Shown: positions 8,604 to 19,105, counted from the first letter of the stretch. The stretch: DNA of 47,305 nt from an uncultured Frigoriflavimonas sp. (GCA_964292185.1 CAXYUO010000001.1:1-47305); one strand, 5' to 3'. Notes: a model not told the origin generated them from the letters alone. Program-made: numbers and translations.

Positions 8604-10040
8604 ATGAATTCAAGAATTTTAGAATTAATAAGCAGTCCAGAAAGTATTGTAGAACAAGATTTATCTTTGTTGAAAGAAGAAATTGTGGTACAACCTTATG
8701 CTCAAAGTTTAAGAGCGTTATACCTTCTTGGAACTAAAAAATATGATGCAGAAAATTTCCAGAAAGTACTTTCTACAACGGCAGCTTATACTACGGATAA
8801 GAAAGTCTTGTATCAATTCATCAATGGAAAAATTTACGAAGTAAAATCTCCAGAAATAGAACCTATCAAAGAGAATTTTATAGTTGAAGAACCAATTTTG
8901 GTTGAAGAAACAACAGCTACAATCATTGATGAAGATGTGCAAAATGTTGTAGAAACCAGTGAAGAAAAAGCTGATAATTCTGCAGAAGAAAATTGGCTTG
9001 CTGCGGTTCCTAAACCTCCAATTCCTAAAGAAATAATTGCTGAAGGAGAAGTAAATAGAATTTTATTTGAAGGCGAAGAAAACTTTTTGAATGAAGAACC
9101 TACAGAAAAAATAGACTTAGAAGCAAGTGCAGAATCTGGTATTTTGGTAAGTGAAAAAATAGAAAATTCACCATCAATTCAACTTCAAAATGAAGAATTT
9201 AACATTCAAAATAATGAGGTTTCTAAAGAAAATGAAACTGAGGAAATTAAAGAAATGCCATCTTCAGAAAATGAAAGCAATGAAGTGAATTTTCATAATG
9301 AAAATAGTTTTATACCTGAAGTTATTGTAGCAAATAAAAAAGTGCAAGAATCTGATAATCATACTTTTACACCTAAAAAAGAAATGAGTTCTGAAAACAG
9401 ATACGAACTCGAAAGAAAAAAAATAGCCGAAGAAATAGAGCAAAAAATGGCTTCTAATAAAAAGCCTTCGGAATCTAATCTCCAAAATTCTTCAGAAGTT
9501 GAAGACACTACTGTAAATTTTTCTTCTACTCAAGAATTTTTACCAGAAAACGACTCTGTGGAAAATGTTGACAAAGTTCCTGCAATTAATATTTCATTTT
9601 TCGCGAATGATATGCCAAGTTTAAACCATGAAAATATTCTTTTAGAACAGCAAGTAGAAGAGCAAAACAGCAACATTCCTACCTTTATAAATACTTGGCA
9701 AAATTGGTTGAAATTAGATCGACCTGCACCAAAAACCACCGAAATAAGCACCGCCGAAAAAGCAGAGGCAAAACCAGATGTAAAAGCAGAAGCAATAGAA
9801 AAATTCATCATTACAGAACCGAAAATTTCTAAATTCAAAGAAGATGGCACTTTCAAAGTTCAAGAAAAAAAGGATGACATCAACCATCTTATGACAGAAA
9901 CTTTGGCAAATCTTTTCTGGGCACAAAAATTATATGCTAAAGCCACAAATGCTTATGAAACTTTAAAAGAAAAGCATCCAGAAAAAAGCGATTATTACGA
10001 TCAAAAAATTGTAGAAATACAAGCTTCTAAACAAAAATAA
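8604..10040 (+). CDS. Conserved hypothetical protein (acidic low-complexity core, TPR-like C-terminus)
   Basis: 'PYAQ', 'TAAYTTDKKVLY' and C-terminal 'MTETLA..F..QK.Y.KA...Y..L....PEKS.YY', as seen in the gene that follows lptE in Bacteroidota. Confidence 0.8.
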   Translation: MNSRILELISSPESIVEQDLSLLKEEIVVQPYAQSLRALYLLGTKKYDAENFQKVLSTTAAYTTDKKVLYQFINGKIYEVKSPEIEPIKENFIVEEPILVEETTATIIDEDVQNVVETSEEKADNSAEENWLAAVPKPPIPKEIIAEGEVNRILFEGEENFLNEEPTEKIDLEASAESGILVSEKIENSPSIQLQNEEFNIQNNEVSKENETEEIKEMPSSENESNEVNFHNENSFIPEVIVANKKVQESDNHTFTPKKEMSSENRYELERKKIAEEIEQKMASNKKPSESNLQNSSEVEDTTVNFSSTQEFLPENDSVENVDKVPAINISFFANDMPSLNHENILLEQQVEEQNSNIPTFINTWQNWLKLDRPAPKTTEISTAEKAEAKPDVKAEAIEKFIITEPKISKFKEDGTFKVQEKKDDINHLMTETLANLFWAQKLYAKATNAYETLKEKHPEKSDYYDQKIVEIQASKQK

Positions 10041-10045
10041 ATTTA

Positions 10046-10651
10046 TTATTCAGTCGCATTTTCTTTTCTTTTCGTAAATTTTTTCCAAAGTTTTTTTCCG
10101 AGAAATACTGCTGTAATTACTAATAATATTGAAATAACACCCGCAATTATAGGAAACAAAAGCGTGAGAGCAGTCATAATTCCTGCTCCTGCAGTTTCTC
10201 CAGTTGCTACAATAGAATTTCCCGTTCCTGCTGTAGTCGCAGTAGAAACAGCCCTTGTTCCAGCAAATGCGCTGCTTATTGTTGCTGCAGTTCCACCACC
10301 TGCAATCAATGCTAATCCCCATTGCGGAAAAGTTCCTAAATCTGCAAATTGGCTTGCAAACAAAACGGAACCTGCAACAGTAGCCAAAGGAACAGAAATA
10401 GTATCTAAAAAATGATCTACAATTGGAATATAATACGCCAAAATCTCAACAATCATTGCAATTCCGGTGGTTATCAACGTTGGTAATCCTGCAAGCCATT
10501 CAAAACTATCGTTCATAGGAATCCAACCCATAAATGATGCTAAACTTACGACAAACATTGGTAAAAACACCCTAAATCCTGAAGCTGCAGCTAATCCGAT
10601 ACCTATAAATGCTGGTAAAATATAAGCTAAAAATGGAAATTGATCTTGCAT
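10046..10651 (-). CDS. DUF4126-family membrane protein
   Basis: 'GIGLAAASGFRVFLP', 'EILAYYIP.VDHFLD', multiple TM helices. Confidence 0.85.
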   Translation of the reverse strand: MQDQFPFLAYILPAFIGIGLAAASGFRVFLPMFVVSLASFMGWIPMNDSFEWLAGLPTLITTGIAMIVEILAYYIPIVDHFLDTISVPLATVAGSVLFASQFADLGTFPQWGLALIAGGGTAATISSAFAGTRAVSTATTAGTGNSIVATGETAGAGIMTALTLLFPIIAGVISILLVITAVFLGKKLWKKFTKRKENATE

Positions 10652-10745
10652 AATTTTAATTTTAAAATAAAAGTAGACTAAACAAATCTACAGAAAAAAT
10701 ATAAATAAATTAATATTTAAATGATTGTTAATCTATGCTTTAGTA

Positions 10746-11105
10746 TCACTTTTTAGCTTTACACATTTTCAAAAAACCTTCTTCAACCTCAGAAAAATGA
10801 TTGGGACGAACATTAGAAATATAAAAAAGCATTGCTATCGTTTTTTCTCCAAAAACTTCATGATATTCTGGTTTGTGCAATCTGTAAGCTTCTCGCAAAA
10901 GTCTTTTTATCCTATTTCTATCTACAGCTTTTTTGTATATTCTTTTCGCTACAGAAACCCCGAATTTCCCGTTTTCTAGATCATTAGATTTATAAAAAAC
11001 AATCCTCAAATTTCCATGAGAAAACCATCTGCCTTTCTTAAAAAGCAACGCCAAATCGTCTTTACTCTTCAATTTTTCCTTTTTTGGGTATCCTTTAGTC
11101 TTCAA
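10746..11105 (-). CDS. rnpA: Ribonuclease P protein component
   Basis: 'GVSVAKR..KKAVDRNRIKRLLREAYR' RNR motif. Confidence 0.96.
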   Translation of the reverse strand: MKTKGYPKKEKLKSKDDLALLFKKGRWFSHGNLRIVFYKSNDLENGKFGVSVAKRIYKKAVDRNRIKRLLREAYRLHKPEYHEVFGEKTIAMLFYISNVRPNHFSEVEEGFLKMCKAKK

Positions 11106-11835
11106 TTTTTTTCGCTTTTTTTAATATATAATCTATCGCTTCATGTGCTGCATACAAACCAAAAATTGCTGGCATATAGCTGATAGTACCATAAAAAGAT
11201 CTTTTGTAATTTTTTCCATCGGTTAGTTGCACGCTATTTTCATCTTGTATTTCGGTAGAAAAAACGCAACGCACACCTTTGTTTATATGTTCAGCTCTCA
11301 GTCTTTTTCTCACTGTTTTTGCTAAAAAACAACTCTCTGTTTTGCATAAATCTCTTACCAAAACTTTACTAGGATCCATTTTTCCTCCTGCTCCGAAACA
11401 GCTTACCATTTTGGTTCTATGTCGTTTTGCAAATTTTATAAGCATCACTTTTGGCGTAACGCTATCTATGCAATCTACAATAAAATTCCATTTATTTTCT
11501 GCAAAAAACTGTTCAATATTTTCTGGAGATAAAAACAATTTATGCTGAATTAAATCTAGATTTGGGTTGATGTCCAACAATCTTTCTGCAACTACATTCA
11601 CTTTAAATTTTCCAATTGTAGAATGCAAAGCTGGTAATTGCCTATTAATATTGGTAATATCTACATCATCTCCATCTACAATTGTTAGTTTTCCTACGCC
11701 TGATCTTGTTAAAAATTCTGCTGCAAAAGATCCAACTCCACCAAGACCTACTATTAAAACATGAGCGTTTTTCAAAGCAAGCAATCCATCTTCTTTTATT
11801 AAAAGTTCCGTTCGTTCTAGCCAATTTATCTCCAT
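11095..11835 (-). CDS. tcdA: tRNA threonylcarbamoyladenosine dehydratase (ThiF/E1-like)
   Basis: 'GLGGVGS', 'DGDDVDITNINRQ', 'DCIDSV..K', 'GAGGKMDP', 'GTISYMPAIFG'. Confidence 0.92.
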   Translation of the reverse strand: MEINWLERTELLIKEDGLLALKNAHVLIVGLGGVGSFAAEFLTRSGVGKLTIVDGDDVDITNINRQLPALHSTIGKFKVNVVAERLLDINPNLDLIQHKLFLSPENIEQFFAENKWNFIVDCIDSVTPKVMLIKFAKRHRTKMVSCFGAGGKMDPSKVLVRDLCKTESCFLAKTVRKRLRAEHINKGVRCVFSTEIQDENSVQLTDGKNYKRSFYGTISYMPAIFGLYAAHEAIDYILKKAKKIED

Positions 11836-12455
11836 TGTTGTATCTCTTGTCTATTTTTAATCATTTGATTATTAATGCCTTCTGTATTTACACCTCTTAT
11901 TTCCGCCACTTTTTTATATAAAATTGAAATATCAAAATCTGCATCATCAGTTTCCAGAAAAAAATTTTCTGCACCTATTTCTTTTAATATTTCTTGCAAA
12001 GATACATTTCGCAGTGCTGCTTTTCCAAAACTTAAATAAAAATCGTTTTTCAATAATTCTTGAGTTAATATTTTATTTTTATTAAAACCATGAATTACCA
12101 TTGGTGTTTTTGAGATTTTTTTGAAAGGTATTAGTTCATAATGTTTTTTCACACAATGGATGATTATTGGTTTTTGTAATGTATTCGCCAATTCTATGTG
12201 CCAAAGAAAAATCTCGTTTTGTAATTCAATTTTCACGTCTATCAAACCATCTAAACCGCACTCTCCTATTGCTACACAGTTTGTGTTTTTAGAAATTTTC
12301 ATTAACCAAGATTTTGCTTCTTCATTATTTTCGAGAATATCTTTTGGATGAATTCCAGCAGAAAATGGAAAATCTACAGCATCGGAAAATAATTCTAAAT
12401 TATAGATTCCGGTTTTATAATCTTTTCTGTGATGATGAAAATCTAAATATTGCAT
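11826..12455 (-). CDS. tatD: TatD-family hydrolase/DNase
   Basis: 'DFHHH', 'GIHP', 'AIGECGLD', 'IIHCVK', 'HGF', 'LETD'. Confidence 0.9.
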   Translation of the reverse strand: MQYLDFHHHRKDYKTGIYNLELFSDAVDFPFSAGIHPKDILENNEEAKSWLMKISKNTNCVAIGECGLDGLIDVKIELQNEIFLWHIELANTLQKPIIIHCVKKHYELIPFKKISKTPMVIHGFNKNKILTQELLKNDFYLSFGKAALRNVSLQEILKEIGAENFFLETDDADFDISILYKKVAEIRGVNTEGINNQMIKNRQEIQQWR

Positions 12456-12538
12456 TTTTTAATCATTAAATTTTTGTATCAAGCAATTGTTATATTTTTT
12501 TTGTTAAAATTTACCTAAATTTACTTAAATTATAATGA

Positions 12539-13168
12539 ATGAAGAAAGTTTTCTCTGATAAGCAAATACAAATATTAAATGTCGCAGAAGAATTGATTGC
12601 GAAAAAAGGTTTTGATGGCACTTCTGTTCGAGATATTTCTACAGCTGCAAAGGTAAATGTTGCCATGATTTCTTATTATTTTGGTTCAAAAGAAAAAATG
12701 ATGGCAAGTTTGTTTCAGTATCGGGTTCAAAAATCTAGAGAACATTTTTCTGAATTTTCTGAAACCATAAAAGAAGGAAAACCTGAAATGCAAATGAAAG
12801 AAATCATCAAATACCTAACTTCTCAATTCTTTAAATTCAACTATTTTCATGCATTTGTAACCCAAGAAATACGTCAAAACGATCATTTAAAAGCAGATTT
12901 ACTAGAGTTTTATCAATTTTGCGTTTTTAGAATTGATGATATTATTAAAAAAGGAGTTACAACAGGAGTTTTTACTTTTGCTCCAAAACCAGAAGATATA
13001 CTAACCAATATTTTGGGCAGCACATTATTTACAATCAGAAATAAAAATTTTATAGAATTATATGTTCACACAACCGATGAAAACCTATATTTAATAGAGG
13101 CTGAAAAGAAGTTACGAGCAAATATTACCTTCACAATTTTTGCAATTTTGGGATTTGCAATAGATTAA
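12539..13168 (+). CDS. TetR/AcrR-family transcriptional regulator
   Basis: N-terminal HTH 'AEELIAKKGFDGTSVRDI...VNVAMISYYFGSKE'. Confidence 0.93.
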   Translation: MKKVFSDKQIQILNVAEELIAKKGFDGTSVRDISTAAKVNVAMISYYFGSKEKMMASLFQYRVQKSREHFSEFSETIKEGKPEMQMKEIIKYLTSQFFKFNYFHAFVTQEIRQNDHLKADLLEFYQFCVFRIDDIIKKGVTTGVFTFAPKPEDILTNILGSTLFTIRNKNFIELYVHTTDENLYLIEAEKKLRANITFTIFAILGFAID

Positions 13169-13215
13169 AAAAAAGTTAAAGTATCACAAAACAAACTCTT
13201 TTGGAAAAATTATTT

Positions 13216-13223
13216 TATTTTTG
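13216..13223 (+). promoter_or_regulatory. -7 promoter element upstream of bamD
   Basis: TATTTTTG matches TAnnTTTG. Confidence 0.55.
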
Positions 13224-13277
13224 CAAATTGGAAGTTATATAATTCTACAATTATAAGCCCAAATTACAATTTTATTT

Positions 13278-14273
13278 ATGAAAAAATACATCCTCCTACT
13301 TTTTGCAATTACTTTGCTTGCAGCTTGTAATTCTCAGTACAACAAAGCTATGAAAAGCGCTGACAAAGAATTGATTATCAAAACTGCAAATGAATATTTC
13401 GCCAGTAAAAAATGGACAAAAGCTCTTGCACTTTATGAAAGATCTACCAATCTTGTTTCTGGTACAGACGAAATGGCAAATGTGGTCTACAATACTGCTT
13501 ATGCAAACTATTACGACAAAAATTACAAACTAGCTGGTCATCAATTCAAAAATTTTGCAGTAAGTTTTACGCAAGATAAAAGAAAAGAAGACGCAGCTTA
13601 TATGTCGGCTTTATGTTATTACAAAGGATCTCAACAATATAATTTGGATCAATCTAGTACAGAATTGGCTATCAATGAATTGCAAAATTTCATTAATGAA
13701 TATCCAAATTCTGAGAAATCTAAAAATATTAATGATTTGATTGAAGAATTATCATCCAAACTAGAATTCAAATCTTACGAAAACGCAAAGCAATATTACA
13801 AAATGGGAGAATACAAAGCAGCAAATGCAGCTTTTGATAATGTTTTAAATGATTTTCCTAGTACAAAATTACGTGGCGAAATAGTAGATTACATGATGAA
13901 ATCTCGTTATGAATTGGGAATGAACTCTATTTATGATTTAAAATTAGAAAGAATTGAAAGTGCTCTTTCCTTCGCAAAACAAATTGAAAAAGATTCTCCA
14001 AGCTCAAACTCAAGCAAAGATGCTGCATCGATGAGAAAAAAATTGGAACAAGAAAAAACTTCTTTTATAAAATTAAAAGCAGAAAGAGACTTGAAAATCG
14101 CACAATATACAGATAAGCAAAAAAAGGAAGCAGAGAAATTAGCAGCTAAAAACACTACTGAACAACAACTTATAGAACAAGAAGGTGCAGAAAAACGTGC
14201 TAAACAAACCTTGAGAGATAGTGCAAAAATTGCAACACCTGCACCTGCAGCTACTTTCAAAATCAAAAGATAA
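13278..14273 (+). CDS. bamD: Outer membrane protein assembly factor BamD
   Basis: Lipobox LAAC, TPR repeats, 'LDQSSTELAINELQNFINEYPNS'; synteny with rpoZ-coaBC. Confidence 0.92.
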   Translation: MKKYILLLFAITLLAACNSQYNKAMKSADKELIIKTANEYFASKKWTKALALYERSTNLVSGTDEMANVVYNTAYANYYDKNYKLAGHQFKNFAVSFTQDKRKEDAAYMSALCYYKGSQQYNLDQSSTELAINELQNFINEYPNSEKSKNINDLIEELSSKLEFKSYENAKQYYKMGEYKAANAAFDNVLNDFPSTKLRGEIVDYMMKSRYELGMNSIYDLKLERIESALSFAKQIEKDSPSSNSSKDAASMRKKLEQEKTSFIKLKAERDLKIAQYTDKQKKEAEKLAAKNTTEQQLIEQEGAEKRAKQTLRDSAKIATPAPAATFKIKR

Positions 14274-14277
14274 TTCG

Positions 14278-14285
14278 TAAGTTTG
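14278..14285 (+). promoter_or_regulatory. -7 promoter element upstream of rpoZ
   Basis: TAAGTTTG, about 30 nt before ATG 14315. Confidence 0.6.
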
Positions 14286-14314
14286 CAAACTGATTATAAA
14301 ATAATATACTGAAA

Positions 14315-14629
14315 ATGAGCGTAAAAGATTCACAAGCAGAACTTAGTACCATCACTTATGATAGAAATAAAATAGAAGAGAACGTAGGTTCTATCTATGA
14401 AGCTATCGTTATTATGGGAAAAAGAGCAGAACAAATAAATGCAGAAATTCGTACAGAACTACATGGTAAACTTGATGAATTTGCAGTTCACAATGCTACT
14501 TTAGAAGAAGTTTTTGAAAATAGAGAGCAAATAGAAATCTCTAAACATTACGAAAAACTACCAAAACCTACTTCTATCGCTATTGCAGAATGGCTAGAAG
14601 ACGGAATTTATTATAGAAAAACAGAATAA
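14315..14629 (+). CDS. rpoZ: DNA-directed RNA polymerase subunit omega (Bacteroidota type)
   Basis: 'SIYEAIVIMGKRAEQIN', 'LEEVFENREQIEISKHYEKLPKPT'. Confidence 0.93.
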   Translation: MSVKDSQAELSTITYDRNKIEENVGSIYEAIVIMGKRAEQINAEIRTELHGKLDEFAVHNATLEEVFENREQIEISKHYEKLPKPTSIAIAEWLEDGIYYRKTE

Positions 14630-14652
14630 AAATTTCTATAACAATTTATTAT

Positions 14653-14687
14653 AAGCCACATAAGTTCTACTTTGTGGCTTTTCTTTT
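14653..14687 (+). terminator. Rho-independent terminator after rpoZ
   Basis: AAGCCACA...TGTGGCTT stem followed by TTCTTTT. Confidence 0.7.
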
Positions 14688-14734
14688 ATATTTCTTGAAA
14701 ATTAATGGTAAATTAGTAGCTTCCAATTTAGATT

Positions 14735-15934
14735 ATGATTTTTCAAAATAAAAAAATATTAATTGCTATAACTGGCGGAATTGCAGCTTACAAAATAAAC
14801 ACACTCATTCGTGATTTTATTAAAAATGGTGCAGACGTACAAATAATTATAACGCAAGATGCAGAGCATTTTGTATCTAAACTTACGCTGTCTACACTTT
14901 CTAAAAAACCAGTGTATTCTACATTTTATGATCAAAATGGAACTTGGCATAATCATGTAGAACTTGCTTTGGATGCAGATATACTATTGATTGCTCCATG
15001 CACAGCAAATACTTTGGGGAAAATGGTTCACGGAATTTCTGATAATTTGGTTTTGGCAACTTATCTTTCTGCAAAATGTCCAGTTTTTATCGCACCTGCA
15101 ATGGATTTGGACATGTACGCACATCCTACAACGCAACAAAATCTAGAATTGGCAGAAGATTTTGGAGACATCATAATTCCAGCTGAAAAAGGCGAATTAG
15201 CAAGTGGTTTACACGGTTTTGGAAGAATGGCAGAACCAGAAACAATTGTAGAAGCAATTTCAAATTATTTTCAAAATCAAAAAACTGAACAAACTTTACT
15301 AAATAAAACCGTATTAATTACAGCTGGACCAACTTATGAAGCCATAGATCCTGTTCGTTTTATCGGAAATCATTCTTCTGGCAAAATGGGATTTTCGCTC
15401 GCAGAAGAAGCTGCAAATAGAGGTGCAAATGTGATTCTAATTTCTGGACCCACCGTTTTGAAAACCAATCACAAGAATATAAAAACCATCAACGTAGTTT
15501 CTGCGAAAGAAATGTATGCAGAAGTTTTTAATTATTTTGATGAAGCAAACATCGCAATTGCAAGTGCAGCAGTTGCAGATTATGCTCCAAAAGAAATAGC
15601 GAAAGAAAAAATTAAAAAAAATGATGATTCTTTTACAATAGAATTAATAAAAAACCCAGATATATTAATGGAAATGGGGCGTCAAAAAAAGGCTCAATTT
15701 TTGGTAGGTTTTGCTTTAGAAACTGAAAATGAAGTAGAAAATGCACAAAAAAAACTGCATAAGAAAAATTTAAATATGATTGTATTAAACTCTTTGAAAG
15801 ACGAAGGTGCTGGTTTCAAAGGAGATACAAATAAAATAAAATTGATTACAGAAAACGAAATTCAAGAATTTGATTTAAAAAGTAAAACTGCAGTTGCTAC
15901 AGACATCTTCAATCGTATAGAAAATTTATTTTAA
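14735..15934 (+). CDS. coaBC: Bifunctional phosphopantothenoylcysteine decarboxylase/ligase
   Basis: 'TGGIAAYK', 'APCTANT', 'PAMD', 'GRMAEP', 'TAGPT.E.IDPVRFIGNHSSGKMG', 'VGFALET'. Confidence 0.97.
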   Translation: MIFQNKKILIAITGGIAAYKINTLIRDFIKNGADVQIIITQDAEHFVSKLTLSTLSKKPVYSTFYDQNGTWHNHVELALDADILLIAPCTANTLGKMVHGISDNLVLATYLSAKCPVFIAPAMDLDMYAHPTTQQNLELAEDFGDIIIPAEKGELASGLHGFGRMAEPETIVEAISNYFQNQKTEQTLLNKTVLITAGPTYEAIDPVRFIGNHSSGKMGFSLAEEAANRGANVILISGPTVLKTNHKNIKTINVVSAKEMYAEVFNYFDEANIAIASAAVADYAPKEIAKEKIKKNDDSFTIELIKNPDILMEMGRQKKAQFLVGFALETENEVENAQKKLHKKNLNMIVLNSLKDEGAGFKGDTNKIKLITENEIQEFDLKSKTAVATDIFNRIENLF

Positions 15935-15976
15935 AAATAAAATTTTTATATTACCGTTTATTTTAAGAATACTACA

Positions 15977-16879
15977 ATGAAAAAAATTATATATCTTTTA
16001 TCCTTTCTGTTTTTCTCACAACTAATTGTTGCTCAAGAATTAATCGCTACAATCAATGTAAATTCTCAACAAATTGCAGGAAGCAACCAGCAAGTTTACA
16101 AAACGCTGGAAAGAAACGTGAGAGATTTCATCAACAATACCAGTTGGACAGGAAAAACACTGGATAATTTTGAAAAAATAAAATGCAATTTTTCATTAAT
16201 TCTTACAGGAAAAGATGGCAATAAATACAGCGGAAGCATTGTTGTACAATCTGTTCGACCTGTATTTAATTCTACTTACGAATCGCCAATTTTAAACATT
16301 AATGACACCAAATTCTCCTTCGAATATGTGGAAAATGAGAATTTAATCTTTAACGAAAGACAGTTTTCTGGCAAAAATTTAACAGACGTACTTAGTTTCT
16401 ATGTCTATCTTATTCTTGGTTATGATGCAGATACTTTTCAGCCAAATGGTGGTCAACAATTATTTGCAAAAGCTTTAAAGGTTTCTCAAAACGCCCAAAA
16501 TAGAGGTTTTGATGGATGGAGCCAAGTAGATGGTCCACGTTCAAGAGGATCTTTAATAGATGGTTTAGTGAATCCAAATCTTGCTACTTTGCACAATATT
16601 TATTATTCTTATCACAGAGCTGGTTTGGATAATATGAACATGCAAGATCAATCTCAACCTAAAAAAATAATTTCAGATGCATTGATGAAATTAAAGGAAT
16701 ATGAAAATACTTTTCAACAAAATTATGCGATAAATATTTTCTTGGATGTAAAAAGTCCTGAAATTTTTAATATTTATGATTCTAATAACAATGGTTCCGT
16801 AAATATGAATGAAATAAAACAATTAATGACAACTTTTTCTCCGAAAAACACTGATTCTAAATGGAGCAAATGGAAATAA
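15977..16879 (+). CDS. DUF4835 family protein (T9SS-associated PorD-like)
   Basis: Signal peptide, 'AQEL...IN', 'FINNTSWT', 'RPVFNSTYESP', 'ILGYDADTF', 'YHRAGLD'; lies between coaBC and recN. Confidence 0.85.
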   Translation: MKKIIYLLSFLFFSQLIVAQELIATINVNSQQIAGSNQQVYKTLERNVRDFINNTSWTGKTLDNFEKIKCNFSLILTGKDGNKYSGSIVVQSVRPVFNSTYESPILNINDTKFSFEYVENENLIFNERQFSGKNLTDVLSFYVYLILGYDADTFQPNGGQQLFAKALKVSQNAQNRGFDGWSQVDGPRSRGSLIDGLVNPNLATLHNIYYSYHRAGLDNMNMQDQSQPKKIISDALMKLKEYENTFQQNYAINIFLDVKSPEIFNIYDSNNNGSVNMNEIKQLMTTFSPKNTDSKWSKWK

Positions 16880-16882
16880 CCA

Positions 16883-16953
16883 AAAAGGTAAAAGTATAAA
16901 GGCAAAAGTAAAAAACACAATTTTACATCAACTATCAATTTTCAATCATCAAT
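16883..16953. repeat. Short tandem repeats (14-bp AAAAGGTAAAAGTA-like x2, then heptamer nnTCAAY x4)
   Basis: Read directly in the intergenic region before recN. Confidence 0.6.
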
Positions 16954-16960
16954 TATTTTC

Positions 16961-18610
16961 ATGCTTACAAGAATTTTCATTCAAAATTTTGCTTTAATAG
17001 ATACTCTAGAAATTACTTTGAACAAAGGTTTACAAGTAATTACAGGAGAAACGGGTGCAGGAAAATCCATTATTCTTGGTGCTTTGCGTTTAATTTTGGG
17101 AGAACGCGCAGATTTGAAATCGATTTCTGAATCTGATAAAAAAAGCGTGGTTGAAGCAGAATTTTTCATTAATGATAATCTTAAAACTTTTTTTGATGAA
17201 AATGATGTAGATTTTGAAAAACAAACCATCATTCGCAGAGAAATTTTGCCAAGTGGTAAATCTCGAGCTTTCATCAATGATGTTCCTGTAACATTAGAAA
17301 TATTAAAAAAACTTTCAGAAAATTTAATCGATATTCATTCTCAATTTGAGAGTTCCAATATTTTTCAAGAAGAATTTCAATTTAAAATTATTGATGGACT
17401 TTCTAAGAATAAAGTGCTTTTACCAGATTTTCACACGCTTTTTTCAGAATTTCAAACCACTCAAAAACAACTTGTTCAGCTAAAATCTGATTTTGCAGAA
17501 GGCAATAAAGAAGCAGATTACAAAAATTTTCTTTTAGAAGAATTGTTGGATTCTCAATTGGAAAATCTAGATTTAGAAGATCTAGAAAGTCAACTAAACA
17601 CGCTTGAAAACGCAGAAGCAATCACCGAAAATCTAAGCCATATTTTTTTAAAATTTGATCAAGACGAAGTAGGAATGCTAGAAACTTGGGCAGATGTTCG
17701 AAATAAATTAGCAAAAGTTGCTTCACTTTCTCATCAATTTACAGAATTAAATGACAGATTAGAAAGCAATTTTCTAGAATTTAGAGATATTGTTTTTTCT
17801 CTCCAAAATCTTTCCGAAGATATGGAAGCCAATCCTATTTTGGTTCAGAAATTAAGCAACGATATCAATAAAATTCATCAACTTTTTGCAAAACATCAAG
17901 TAGATTCTGTACAAGGTTTAATAGTAATTCGTGATGAATTAGATGGTAATCAACAAAGTTTTTTGGATTTAGAAAATCAAATTTCAGCCAAAGAAGAAAC
18001 GCTAAAAAAACTACAGAAAACACTCACCGAAAAAGCCAAAATTTTAGCAGAAAACAGACAGAAAAGCATTCCCGTTTTTGTAGAAAAAATGGAAACTCTT
18101 TTGTTTCAATTAGGATTAGAAAAGGCAAATTTTCAGGTAGAATTATCTCCAATTGATGGTTTTTCTAAATTTGGAAATCAATCTATTGCTTATTATTTTC
18201 GAGCAAATACTGGTTTTCCGTTGAAGCCAATACAAACTGCAATTTCTGGTGGAGAAAGATCCAGAGTAATGCTTGCTGTAAAGAAATTGATGGCAGAAAA
18301 TGCAGATTTACCAACGCTTATTTTAGACGAAATAGACACTGGAGTTTCTGGCAAAATAGCCAATGAAATGGGAAATGTGATGCAAGAAATGGCAAAAGAT
18401 ATGCAACTGATTGTGATTACACATTTGGCACAAGTTGCCGCAAAAGGAAACCAAAACTACAAAGTGGTGAAAGAAGAAATTGCAGGAAAAACCCAATCCA
18501 ACATCATTTATCTTGATGAAAAAGAAAAATTGCAAGAAATTGCACAATTGCTTTCTGGTAGCAAAGTTACAGATGCAGCACTACAACAAGCTGTAGAATT
18601 GATGAAATAA
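16961..18610 (+). CDS. recN: DNA repair protein RecN
   Basis: 'TGETGAGKS', 'HSQ', 'SGGERSR', 'LILDEIDTGVSG', 'ITHLAQVAA'. Confidence 0.97.
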   Translation: MLTRIFIQNFALIDTLEITLNKGLQVITGETGAGKSIILGALRLILGERADLKSISESDKKSVVEAEFFINDNLKTFFDENDVDFEKQTIIRREILPSGKSRAFINDVPVTLEILKKLSENLIDIHSQFESSNIFQEEFQFKIIDGLSKNKVLLPDFHTLFSEFQTTQKQLVQLKSDFAEGNKEADYKNFLLEELLDSQLENLDLEDLESQLNTLENAEAITENLSHIFLKFDQDEVGMLETWADVRNKLAKVASLSHQFTELNDRLESNFLEFRDIVFSLQNLSEDMEANPILVQKLSNDINKIHQLFAKHQVDSVQGLIVIRDELDGNQQSFLDLENQISAKEETLKKLQKTLTEKAKILAENRQKSIPVFVEKMETLLFQLGLEKANFQVELSPIDGFSKFGNQSIAYYFRANTGFPLKPIQTAISGGERSRVMLAVKKLMAENADLPTLILDEIDTGVSGKIANEMGNVMQEMAKDMQLIVITHLAQVAAKGNQNYKVVKEEIAGKTQSNIIYLDEKEKLQEIAQLLSGSKVTDAALQQAVELMK

Positions 18611-18619
18611 TCCTCTAAA

Positions 18620-18814
18620 ATGGACTTTTTATACGCCGCAGTCTTACTTTTTTTCGCTTTGTATCTTTTCATATTTATTATTGATAAAAGAAAAAGAGTG
18701 AAAAAAGCTGCAGAATTTGGAGTTCCTTCTCCAGGTAATTTAGGAGAACTTTTTCAATCTTATGTTGTTTTATTTATTCTTATTGGTTTTATATTATACT
18801 TTATTTTTAGATAA
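18620..18814 (+). CDS. Small two-TM hypothetical membrane protein
   Basis: 64-aa ORF starting 9 nt after the recN stop; two hydrophobic helices around a basic loop. Confidence 0.6.
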   Translation: MDFLYAAVLLFFALYLFIFIIDKRKRVKKAAEFGVPSPGNLGELFQSYVVLFILIGFILYFIFR

Positions 18815-18820
18815 ATTTAT

Positions 18821-19010
18821 TTTTCAACCACAAACCAAAAGTTCACTGATTCCTAAATAAAATAGAAATTAGACGTAAAAGAAACAATAGGAAACGCTCT
18901 ATAATATTCAAAAGTTAGTATAAGCCTCACGAAACCAAGGCTTTATATTTTGTTACCTTTGATTTTTCTTGTTTTCAATATTTGTCTTTTGTATCTATTG
19001 TGGTTAAAAC
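18821..19010. repeat. Inverted-repeat element of the AACC(A/G)CAA...TTG(T/C)GGTT family
   Basis: Left TTTTCAACCACAA, right TTTTGTATCTATTGTGGTTAAAAC; the right arm is 21/24 identical to 44557-44580. Confidence 0.6.
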
Positions 19011-19105
19011 TGCTCGCTTTTTTAAAATTTTAGGTAATTTCTTTATTTTTAGATAAATTTTGTAACTTTTTTCTAAATTTTATACTTATTAATTAAAGTA
19101 AGAAA

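Noticed and set aside
8860-9670. Glu/Asn-rich region as a possible repeat protein or insertion
   Set aside because: Low-complexity linker without discrete DNA repeats, expected for this conserved gene family.
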